Position numbers and translations under genes: made by a program | Shown: piece after piece, positions 12,701-23,208 of the stretch | Numbering within the stretch: the first letter of the stretch is position 1 | How the letters are laid out: the number at the start of each line of letters is the position of its first letter | Origin: Owenia fusiformis | Lineage: Eukaryota | Assembly (NCBI GenBank): GCA_903813345.2 | Contig: CAIIXF020000001.1 | Location: 1,922,001 to 1,986,000 of the forward strand | Direction: 5' to 3' | Length of the DNA: 64,000 nucleotides | Notes under the pieces: generated by a model | What the model saw: only the letters and a program-made list of their open reading frames with translations | Told to the model about the DNA's origin: nothing | Databases searched by the model: none

Positions 12701-15700
12701 TACATGCATATAAGACGTTCCAACTCCCCTTCAGTGTCGAGTAAGAAGGATGTTATGAAAACAATTTATGATCAGCCAAGTGAGTGATTTTACCATGTGG
12801 ATTCTAATGATATGTTCTTTGCATTTCAGAGTGGTTGGGTTTACATGATTTTACTGTCCTTCATTTCGAACTCCTAAATTTCAAATCATTATAAACCACC
12901 TTGTAGAACATCATGAAGAAAAGAGATGAAGATGGGAAAGATTACTGAAAATAGAGGCAAATTTAGAATGATAACAAGAAATTTCTCTTGAGTAATACCA
13001 AATGAAGTGAAATCAATAAATAAACACATACTTGTAGAAAGTAATTAATTTATGACAATTTCAGTGATTGACAATAATCGAATGAAATCATCCAAAATCC
13101 CTCATTCAACTGCTACAAAATAAAATAAAATCACCATTATTAGAGATAATAGCATGGTATTTATTTCACACTTTGTAGAGTTTCTTTAAAACACCCACTG
13201 GGTGTTTATTATGTATTCGATTACATGCAATTCTAAAATCCTCAAGCTATTCACCTATAGACCTTAGTTGAAAATTGATTAATACATCTACTGAATATTG
13301 AACTTTAGAGGAGCTTTCCCTTATACCTGTCATTCATATATGACCCAAGTTAGCCACCTCGTGGTGAAACTGGGAACTGACAACTGGCATCTACTGATAC
13401 TTATTGATACCTTGATGCAAAAGAATGATTTAATTCCCCAATGAAATAGATAATGTACAGATTTTATATTTCATAAGTTTATTATGAGACCCCATGTCCA
13501 AAACAGACACAATCATGACAATGGGCGATACAGTAACATGCATTTTCATTTATGATTTATTCAATTCTTGCATTACAATTCGTTAATCATCTTGAATGCC
13601 AATGTGTAAAGTTCTCGTTCCTTGGATCAGAAGGTAAAATAAATGGACTGAAATAGGACTTAAAAACTGTTCCTCGTATAAGGTGTTACGCTTCAAGAGG
13701 TGTTTCACTTAGCAGGTTGTACTGTACAGTGTACTTATCATTAATGGTAATGTATTCAAACCTAGGCAGAAACAAAATGTACGCACACACAGTGACCATT
13801 TAATTGACTGAGTCAGTGAAAGGTGATGAACATGTTTATTTTAAACATACATTTTGCGAGAAACCCCTTTTTTCTTTTCTTGAAAGCATGTATGAAAATG
13901 ATATATAGTTTGCTGAAACTCACGCTCTGGCTGATCCATTCGTTTCTGTTTTAGAATATTAATTCCATGTTATTTAAGAGGAAACGTGAATTTCATCATG
14001 GTCAAATGGAAGCCAAAGACCCTACCTAAGTATTAAAAATAAAGAGAGTAAAAATGTTCAATTGTTTTCGATATTTTTAAGCTTTTTTAAATAAAATAAC
14101 ACATATTACATCGCATTTATATCTTTACATCGTAAAATCAATAACATTTACGAAAAATGGTCAAACTGATATATATTTCTCAAAGCATAAGGGTGTTCCT
14201 GTGCCTACAAAAGCTAATTGAATAACCAGTAGCCTGTAATATAAACACAAATAAATCTTTTGAAAATAACCGTTACAAAATATTTGAATTTTGCGCATCT
14301 TGTCGAGTCTTTGATCACGCACTTTTAATAGTAGACGATCACTGTACATACAGTGCTTAGGTAGCAACACAATAGAATGACCTGTGTTTTATTTATAAGG
14401 ATATCCAGTTATAATAAAGAGCAATGTATTATTTTTCTATTGTTTTTTAAGTATGTACACTTGGCAATAGCTATCCAAAACCAGTGTGGCACAAAAGATG
14501 ATTGACCGTTTCATGCAGTGCATTAAAGCTTAACTAATTATACCCTATTCACTCTTTCAATAGTTGAATAGTAAACACAAAAGAAACAAACTTAAAACTA
14601 TATATGCCCTGTTAAATGCAGTGCACTGAAGCTGAACTAATTACACCCACTCACTTCCCAATACACTTACCTCATAGTCAATACAAACAAATTCAAATTA
14701 TTGACAATAATTTCATTTATGGCAATGTGAGAGTCGGTTAAGGTTTAGGTATGAACAAGCCCTAAGAAGACCATTCCCCGGTTATCCCAGGTAAATGTTT
14801 CTGGTAAGTTACACTGAACGAAACATCAAGCTTCAGATCTCGAGAGTACGAGATGAGACTTTAGACGAGATATCGATAGGATTGTAGTTGGAGGGTTTTC
14901 TCCCTAGGTGCGTACAAAATCCATTAACATCAATGTAAGTTATACATTTCGATTCTTTTCCCTCACCTCCTTCCCCAGCTTACACCACCAGTTGGAGCCT
15001 TATTTTCGCCCAAGAAGATGAGTTGGAGATGGTATTATAATATATCCAATTGAGCTAATTAACAGTTATGTCAAATTGTAAACTCTTGTAGCTAATTAAC
15101 TTAAATTAGCCATTATTTTCCAAGGTATTGTGTTTTGTGTTAATTGGCTCAATATTTATTTATATTAATTTTATATTAATAATTTTACATGTACGACTCT
15201 CACGGCCATATCTATACTCTACATGAACATAAATCAAGTTTTCCTAAAATTGATCTTGATCCACTTACCTTTGATAAGAGTTAGTGCCCATTGTGTGGTT
15301 TAAGTTAGATAAACAATTCGTCTTGGGTCTTAGGAAAAATAATGGCCTCTGGGCTTTGCCCCTTGGCTATTATTCATCCTAATCCCCAAGACTCATTGTT
15401 TATCCATTACATAATGTCCTGTAATTACTGTTACTGCAGATGATTTTTATTCTGTAACACTTAGTTTTTTTTCATTTAGCACTTTGTACTTGTAGCACTT
15501 TGTACTTGTACATACATAACAGATGGAATTTATTGTGTTCATTCAGTGATAGCTACCCTGTGGTTCTGCTACGAATCTCTAAATCACTCCTGGATGTATC
15601 TTCTGGTATGTTTGTCACTGGGTGTCCAGAGGATCAAATCATTGGTAACTCAGCAAAGAGACGCAGGCGCAGAAAGCGTCAAGCTAGTTGCGTAGATGCA

Positions 15701-16114
15701 TGTAGTGGACAAGGAGATAGACAAAGCCAATGTGAATTGGACTGTGATAATCTTGGAGTTGAGGTATTTCAATCATTTATAAAACCTAATACACACATTT
15801 CATGAAAATTAGAAATGTTCAATCTGAAGACAAATCTTGAATACTTGATCAGTGATAACATATTTCGATTGTGATGCCATTGAAAAAATGACTGAAACTG
15901 TCAAACAACACATCAAAACATAAAAAAGGTATACAATTTCATTTTATTTCAAAATATTTTTCAGTATGCTCAAGCAGCGTCCAGTTCAGTTGTAGTAGTT
16001 GAGGAGGAGGCTGCAGAAGAGGACAGCACCCTGGCTGATAATAGTAATGCGAGGACAACAGCTACAGCTTCTATGATACTGATGGCTTTAGCACTCCTGG
16101 TTCATCTTCACTAG
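3786..16114 (+). CDS. Divergent RGM (repulsive guidance molecule/hemojuvelin)-like GPI-anchored protein, 584 aa, 10 exons
   Basis: Exons 3786-3810, 4583-4877, 5999-6201, 9358-9580, 9968-10157, 10478-10690, 11645-11759, 12182-12305, 15547-15763, 15965-16114; all introns GT-AG and phases join into one ORF. Motifs: signal peptide MRVLILLSVILGTQA, CFGDPH, TC, LPTAFDG, GCP, KRRRRRKR, C-terminal Cys cluster, hydrophobic tail MILMALALLVHLH*. Confidence 0.85.
5125..5930. mobile_element. Mutator-like MITE in intron 2 of the RGM-like gene
   Basis: TIRs TAGCCTTGCCCAAGTCGGT... of about 55 bp; 9-bp TSD CTTTTGTTA at 5116-5124 and 5931-5939. Confidence 0.85.
6545..8785. mobile_element. Probable solo LTR (~2.2 kb) in intron 3
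   Basis: TG...CA ends, 4-bp TSD ATAT (6541-6544, 8786-8789), internal AATAAA at about 7434. An alternative left end at 6530 (TGTGACGTAAC) is a 10/11 inverted match to the right end. Confidence 0.5.
7845..8415. repeat. Irregular array of the TTTTGCTCCGGAGC motif
   Basis: About 8 imperfect copies at irregular spacing inside the putative LTR. Confidence 0.6.
10997..11541. mobile_element. Non-autonomous TIR element, copy 1
   Basis: TIR AAAGGA(G)TGGTATCGATATGGTGAAC plus an internal inverted repeat; a longer relative lies at 31573-32391. Confidence 0.75.
12356..14355. mobile_element. 2.0-kb non-autonomous DNA transposon, Transib-like or Harbinger-like
   Basis: Near-perfect TIRs of about 75 bp starting CACTGTATGTACAGTGATCG; CTTAG on both sides (12351-12355, 14356-14360). 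Confidence 0.85.
15308..15404. repeat. Imperfect palindrome / hairpin MITE
   Basis: GATAAACAAT...ATTGTTTATC arms pair over most of the length around a GGGCTTTGCCC centre. Confidence 0.65.
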
Positions 16115-17981
16115 ATCTCTATGCCAACCACATCCTTGTATAATTCCTGGTGTTCTTCCATAAGGGATATATAGGGCAAGATGCATGGTACATCAAAGAG
16201 ATAGACTATCTAAAAAGCTAACCTTGGATTAACATAAATCTGACTCTCAGCACTGTATTTGATTGATTTAAAATGTTCATAATATTATGAAATTGACAGT
16301 TTGTCCATATCTGATAAAGACAGGATACCTTCAGGTACACTTAGACCAAAAAAGATATTTCTGGTCATTTATACTTCAAAAAAGTAATAAATACATTACA
16401 ACTAGAAATATCTTGATAATGATGATAGTTCAAAGTGTCAATTTTGTGCTCATTGGACAAAAAATCTCAATTCATACTCATGTTATGACTTTATTTAGAA
16501 ATTTTAATAGACGTTATATGTAATCAAAATCATAAGCAATCAACAGTCTGCTGGCAGATATTTTTGCACACTTTGCACACAAAATTATTGAAATGTTAGC
16601 TTCATGGACTATTCATGTAAGAAATAAAGTATCCTATATTGTTCTGTATTCTACAAATTAAAAGCATGAGGGCCCTGCCCAATTGAGTTATCTTTAAGAG
16701 ATTCTGCATACATGAATGCTTTAAATGTTCAATATGGAATGATAAAGGATTCTTAATTGCAAATCACCTGCTTGATGGAAATGAGTACAAAACTTTCTTT
16801 AATTAAATATTCAAATACAAATTTGAGGAGATTTTTGCAAAGATCAGTTTTATTTACGAAGTTTGTATTCTCCATCCATTCATCCAATGGTACATGTAAC
16901 ATGAAGTATGCATTTAACAATTGATGTGAATTGCACAGTTTACAAACACACACTTATTGTATTTATATTTGAGATAATTTAGGTGCACTGTTAGAAATTT
17001 TCTTAAAGTACAGTAAAACTTGTCATATCCGAAACCCCACTGGAACTAGCCAAAAGTGTTAGGGCTAGCAGGTGTGTTTATATTTTAAGATTTTCTTAAT
17101 AAGTGTGTCTATGAGACAAAATTGGGACTGAAAAAAGTGTTCACATTGAGAGATTTTCTGATCAGTGTTTGGATATGAAGGTTTCACTGAAGTTAAATGA
17201 GTATTGTATTTACATGAAAGATGTTGTACTTTCAATAGATTTTTACTCCTAACGTTATTTGACTAACAGTGAATAAATATAACATAATAAATATATGATT
17301 GAGGTTTATGTATTTATTTTTTACACAAAAATATGTATAAAAATATACATGCAATATATTTAAATAAGCACCTATATATTATATAATACTATTATTCTTA
17401 TCCTAAATGTTTTTTAATTATAATGATCTGAAGATAGCATCATAAAAAAAGATTGGTACTTTTGGTTCTTCTGAAAATATAAAATCTTGAAAAATAGCTC
17501 AAATATTAATGAACAGAATTTCACAACTTTCGCCTTTTCAATCTTTAGAGGCAGAACAAATATACATGAAATAAATGTTTAAATGAATTCACTGTCTATA
17601 TAAACTTTGATAATTCCAGAAAAGCAGGTTATATCATCGTCTTTTGATGGTGAAAATCACATATCATACTGACTTCAAAGTGTTTTAACGTCATTTAGGA
17701 TAACAAATACTGACTTTTAATTGCAAAAAATTGTGTATCAATTTGAGATCAATGTTTTAATAACAAGTAGTACAAATATAACATAAATATTCATCTTTAA
17801 TACAGATATCTCAAACATAAATTTGAGATGATGAGAGAAACACTAACTGTAATTGTTCCTATATCTAGTATAATTTAATCACTGTCATATCACAGCCTTC
17901 AGTTTTAAAATTCTTTCACTTATAAAAGGTCCATTACGGGTTATCGTCATCTGAGATCACTTTCCACATTTCATTTGGGAT

Positions 17982-19016
17982 TTAATAATCATCATCTGCA
18001 TACTTTCCAATCCTATCTGGTGTATCCTGTTCTTGTTCTACTTCTCCAGATGTGAAGTGGAATGGTCCACGGAGGAACTCACCCATATCCAATATACCAT
18101 CATCTAGAAGCACAAACACAGAAAATCAGTTTAAAGACAGAATCATTTAGAGAATATATATTTCCAATAAAAACTTACCGCTTTTGGTGAATCACTGAAA
18201 CTAGAGTATATTGGTGAAATTTATGAGGTAGAAATGCTTGTTCACAATATTCTAAAAAGGCTCAATACAACACTAATCTAAATCCCAAAAATTGAATCAC
18301 ATGTCTGTACATATACAGTTATAGAACCTGTTAAGTGAAACAACTCTACAAATGGAACACCTCTGTGAGTGGAACACTTTTCAGGTGACTAAACCTTAAA
18401 TAAACTTCTATAAGTGGAGCACCTCCCATGTGGAACACTTTTAAGAGGTTCCATAATTGAATGGTGTTCCATTTAAAAAGGTTTTACTGTATATATATTC
18501 TGCCACTTGCAGTAATAACTAATATTCATTTAATGTGCATGATTTGATTATCAGATACTGACTTATACCCCTCAAACTTTAAAAAATCTGTTTCAAATGT
18601 GATACTTTTTTCTTTCAAAACACTAATTTAGCAATAACATCACAATTTAACGTACCATTTTCATCAGCCATTCCAAAGGCTTCAATGCACTTTTCAGGTG
18701 TTGATGAGATGGCTTCAGCAAACTCTGTCAGGGTCACTCTGTCGTCATTGTCTGAATCATATTTGGAGAGATCAGAAGAAAATGGCTTCTCGTCATCATT
18801 AATGGCAACTGATCGGCGTTTACGCCCAATATTGCAGACTTTGTGGCAGACAGGAGCACAGATCCCTGGGAGGGTGCATTTTTGGTTACAGTACATACTG
18901 CAGACTGGTGCGATGATACGACGGAGACCAAGTCTTGGGAGACGTACCCTCCAGGCATCACTTGTGTGTAAAGAGGCAACAACGGCCAGAAGGAGGAAGG
19001 CAATAGTGGCTTTCAT
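17982..19016 (-). CDS. Secreted precursor: cationic six-cysteine peptide plus acidic EF-hand pair, 160 aa
   Basis: Coding exons 19016-18656 and 18103-17982 with a phase-1 GT-AG intron. Layout: signal MKATIAFLLLAVVASLHTSDA; WRVRLPRLGLRRIIAPVCSMYCNQKCTLPGICAPVCHKVCNIG; RKRR; EF loops DSDNDDRVTLTE and DENDDGILDMGE (the second is formed across the splice). Likely 5'UTR exon about 19281-19360. Confidence 0.9.
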
Positions 19017-19384
19017 CTTAATACCTGCAAAACATTAGTAGTTATTGAATTTAAGGAAAAGGAATATATGCCATACAAATTTAAATCATTTATTTATTAG
19101 TGTTTGGAGCTATAAATAGCCTGATCAAAGCCTGACCATCACAATGTTTTGTAAACTATGTAAGATTTACAAATGTGCTTTCTCACTACAAAAACATAAA
19201 CTTGTGTTTCATAAACTCTGATAATGAGAAACTAATCAGCTATTGAAGGTTTCACTGTACTGGAATGTAATTTTGCTTACCTTTAAATTCAATTGTTCCA
19301 AAAAACTATAGTCTTCAGTGTTCTGATGCAGTGTTGTCTCTGAGAGTCCAGTGAACTATGTGAAGTAATCCTCTTCATTTTAGC

Positions 19385-19394
19385 TTTATTTATA
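19385..19394 (-). promoter_or_regulatory. TATA box of the peptide-precursor gene
   Basis: TATAAATAAA on -, about 105 bp above a GTAAG donor at 19280 that can splice to the acceptor at 19025, just before the ATG. Confidence 0.55.
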
Positions 19395-19949
19395 CAATTT
19401 CAGTGGAAGTAAATTGTTGTATTTTGAAGGCTTCTGCACAATTTCTGTGAAAAACTACCTTAACTTCAACCTTAACAGGGCACTAAAAGCAATAAATCTC
19501 TCAATAGAAATTCTGATACAGAGGACCTTATTTAGGTTTAACTGCTTTCCTGATTGTCTAGAAATAATTGATAACAACCGGTTTGTTCTATTTATCCTGG
19601 TGGAGCACTTTAGCAGTCTAATCAAGGTCAAGAAAAGCGGTAACTACATTTACACTCCCCTTCATGAGTTTGGAAATTGGAAGTTTTCATTGGATAGACT
19701 ATAAAAGCATGTCAATGTTTGTTCTTTTATAATTACAATAGATTTATTTATAATTACGAAAGATTTATGGCAAATTTTTAGAATTGCCAAACATAAATAG
19801 GCTTCGATAAGTGATTCAAAAGATGAATTTCTGTTGCCAAACTTATGGAGGGGAATGTAGTTAAAAGAGACATAATTAGTAAGAAGGTTAAGCTACACAT
19901 TTTTAGTGAACTTATCTGTGAACTGTAATATTCTGTCCCTGAGGCATCC

Positions 19950-20163
19950 GCATATAAAATTTGAACCAAATCAAATGGATTACAAATCCATTCTGCAGCA
20001 GAGGTCCTATCTTCATATAGTATTACCCTGTAAACTTTGAACCCAATCTTGCAACCAGTATTTGAGTTATAGCCTTAACAGTTGGATGTACAAACAGATG
20101 AACAAACGAACAGATGGATGGACGGACTGCTTCTTTATATCCCTCTTCGTTTGGTGGGATAAT
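19950..20163 (-). mobile_element. HINE-like fragment, same family as 1890 and 42086
   Basis: Shares GCAGAGGTCCTA, the (GGAC/GGAT)n microsatellite and the GGTGGGATAA terminus. Confidence 0.55.
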
Positions 20164-21525
20164 TAAATATTTCTAACAAAAAGTGTATATGGCATCAAGA
20201 GGCAAAATTTGAAGTTAGGTTACAGATTACCCATTGATTGAACAGCTTCCCTAATGGGAATTCCATCTAGAATTCAAAATGAGTCAATATCTTATTACAG
20301 AAGCTAAACAGTCATTGGTTCTAAACTCAACTTCCTTGTTGTCATTTGCATTGCTACATGTAAGTCTCAGCCTAGACAGGGGTTAAGTGAAACCACCCTC
20401 CTTAGAGTTTAAGTTAGACTAGAATAGTGTGCCCTTTCCAAGAACTTCTTATCCCGAATCAGCATTTTCAAGAAAGCGAGAAACAGTGGTTAAAGTTCAA
20501 AATATCCATTTTTACACCAGTTCCAAAGTTTTATACTTCAGGCTAGGCTTTTTCTCAACTTGGGCTTAAAATACAACTTCTTTCATTCATTTTTGGGCCT
20601 TTTTGAAAATTGTTTGTCTGAAATTTGAAAATATGTTGAATTGAAAACGTAGGTTTAAATAGTTTCACTGGTGTAAATTATTACAGTGACTGCAGTCACT
20701 GTACCATTCTTTCTTTTTAAGTGGACTAGGTTTTGTATTGTCTTGTTGTTGTGTTGCATTTTAAGCTGCAAGCCAATGAAGATCTGTGGATAAAGACAGA
20801 AAGGGATCCAATATTAGATGGATTCATCATTTTCAATCCTAGGTAATTGTTTTGTTCACACATGCAGAAATATCAATAACCTACCTTCATATTGGATATG
20901 GTTTCTTCAACGATGTTCAATATGTATGTCTGCATGGAGAGTAACACTAGTCTGGCTACAAGTTCCTTCACCTCATGTGGCAGTAAATCTCCAGATGACT
21001 AATTGTCTCAAACAGTACCTGTAAAATTCTTAATTGGCTTTATTTCATAGCAGGATTTAATGTGGGCTTATAGTACTGTATGTTGATTTTTAGTCATTTT
21101 TGTCAGTATGCAAAAAATGAGATTTCAAATCATCAGCAAGCGCATTTTAGCTTTCCATCTAAAAAAATTATATTGTACTTCTGGTTCCCCATACACCCTC
21201 TGAATCTGAAACAGTGGACTAACTTAAGTAACAAACATCACACATACATTGGTAATGTAAGCATTTTGCCTTTATGTTCTCTCATGGAAATATCAAAATA
21301 GCAAGTTGGCCACAACTGACAATCAACCTGGAAATTCTAAAAGGAAATAACAACAGGCTTTAAATCTGATTGACTGCCTGGTTCAAGGCACGTGCCGAGG
21401 TTCCCGATGCTTGTGTGCTCATGTCACTGGAAAGGGTTTTCTCTTGATTGCTGCCATTGAATTGTTGTCCTGTTGTTTTTCTCAATATATCGGCAATACT
21501 TTACCCATAAGTTGGTGTAAAGATA

Positions 21526-22575
21526 CAAGGGGCGATCCATATATTCTGATAAAAATGCTCTCATTTTGTGATTTTTTCACATATCCCTTTCATTTTTTCA
21601 GAACATGTAGATCATGTAATTACACATACAATGCTAAAACATTATAGCTATATCTTCAATTAATTTTGAAAAAAGGTTGCCATGGTAACCTGTATTTAGG
21701 GTAGGCAGGTCAGTTAAATTATAATGTATAAAATAGATAATTTTTTTTAATTTAATCCTTTCTCGGTACCTATTTTAAGCACATCAAACGCATTTTCTAG
21801 TCATTGCCAACTATTTGTTGAACTGTTCCATACACCTGTTGCCCTTATTTGCTAATTTCTACAGTGGGATAGTTCTCTCTTCATAAGTTGCAGCTCAATT
21901 TATCGTAGTGTTATTCTCTGTCCACAAGCTCTTCTTGCAACCAGATTGTGGATGATCTTCAACAATTACCATGCCTTCCTCTTTACAATAATACCTATAG
22001 ATTCTTTAAGCAGATATAACACCTTGCCCATAGATTTAAGTCCATATGTCTCTGACAGTGTTCTCTTACTTATTCTTGATAGTACATAAAATCTAATGGT
22101 ACTCTTAATGTATCTGTTAATGTCACACTCTGCATCAGCCTCACTTACCTCATCTGACATTTTGATTTTTGGTGTGTCTCATGACATGTAATGTTAACTG
22201 GTTAGTTCTGTCATACATTGCTATTGTGAGTTGTTGTGATGTTATAGTGAACACAAATAAACTTTTGTTTAGCAACAAACAACGAGCAACAATACCAAAC
22301 TTTTTTAGAAAAAAATGTTTGATTTCCGCATGCTTTAAAATAATTACAATAACAATTTATTATGATATTTTATATGTTTTAATTTGATTGACCTGCCTAC
22401 CCTTAATACAGGTTACCATAGCAACCCTATTTCATTAATCATTTAAGACATAGCTATAATATTTTAGCATTGTATGTGTAATTACATAATCTACATTTTC
22501 TGATAATATGAGAGGGATATGTGAAAAAATCACAGAATGAGAGCATTTTTATCAGAATATATGGATCGCCCCTTG
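21526..22575 (-). mobile_element. Internally deleted mariner element with decayed transposase N-terminus
   Basis: TA TSD; TIRs of about 200 bp starting CAAGGGGCGATCCATAT. The minus strand (about 22160-21760) reads IRFYV..SETY, VEDHPQSG, YGTVQQIV and *VPRK, matching the mariner HTH region and WVP motif with stops. Confidence 0.8.
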
Positions 22576-22917
22576 TATATCTACGGTATAAGCAATTATA
22601 ATGGGACATCACTTATTGTTCAGTAGAGAAACGTGTTTAATATGGCATAATATATCTTTAAGCAGAGAATTACATTTGTACATGTATTTACTAAATTTTC
22701 TTTCATTTGGTCTTCAAAAGATTAAAAACGCCAGTTCGCAAAATTTGGAAGAAGCCTTGAACCTTATAGACATGGATGCATATGCAGGTATCTAACTGTA
22801 AAAGATACAAGACATGTATACCCAAATGAAGAGGTATAAATCAGTTTATCCCACCCTAAGTGCTTTATATGATTGTATAATAGCATTGTATAACTGCAAT
22901 ATAAAACCAACACCCAT

Positions 22918-23008
22918 CGTATACAACTCTTGAGAACGATATACAACTCCTGGATAGCGTATACAACTCCTGGGCAGCGTATACAACTCTTCCACTCGAT
23001 ATACAACT
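22918..23008. repeat. ~20-bp tandem repeat, 5 copies
   Basis: CG(T/AT)ATACAACTC core repeated at about 20-bp spacing. Confidence 0.7.
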
Positions 23009-23054
23009 GCTGAATTTAGATTAACCTCTTATTGATTAAAGATTAGGGTGGGAT

Positions 23055-23208
23055 AATAAGATCATATAATGGTTGATTTTGTATATCGCTATACTCTCGT
23101 GAGTATATGATATATTCACTCGTTCCCTTCGGTCACTCGTGAAAATATCATATACTCACTTGAGTATAAACACGATATACAGAATCAACCATTATATAAC
23201 CTCATATT
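23055..23208. mobile_element. Palindromic hairpin MITE with CTTCGG centre
   Basis: ATATAATGGTTGATT...AATCAACCATTATAT arms pair inward to CTTCGG at 23127-23132. Confidence 0.7.

Noticed and set aside
12362-14370. Two ORFs with near-identical N-termini (MYSDRLLLKV) on opposite strands
   Set aside because: They are read from the two TIRs of one transposon.
18685-19038. 117-aa plus-strand ORF and 89-aa alternative minus-frame ORF
   Set aside because: Shadows of the peptide-precursor exon, with no independent features.
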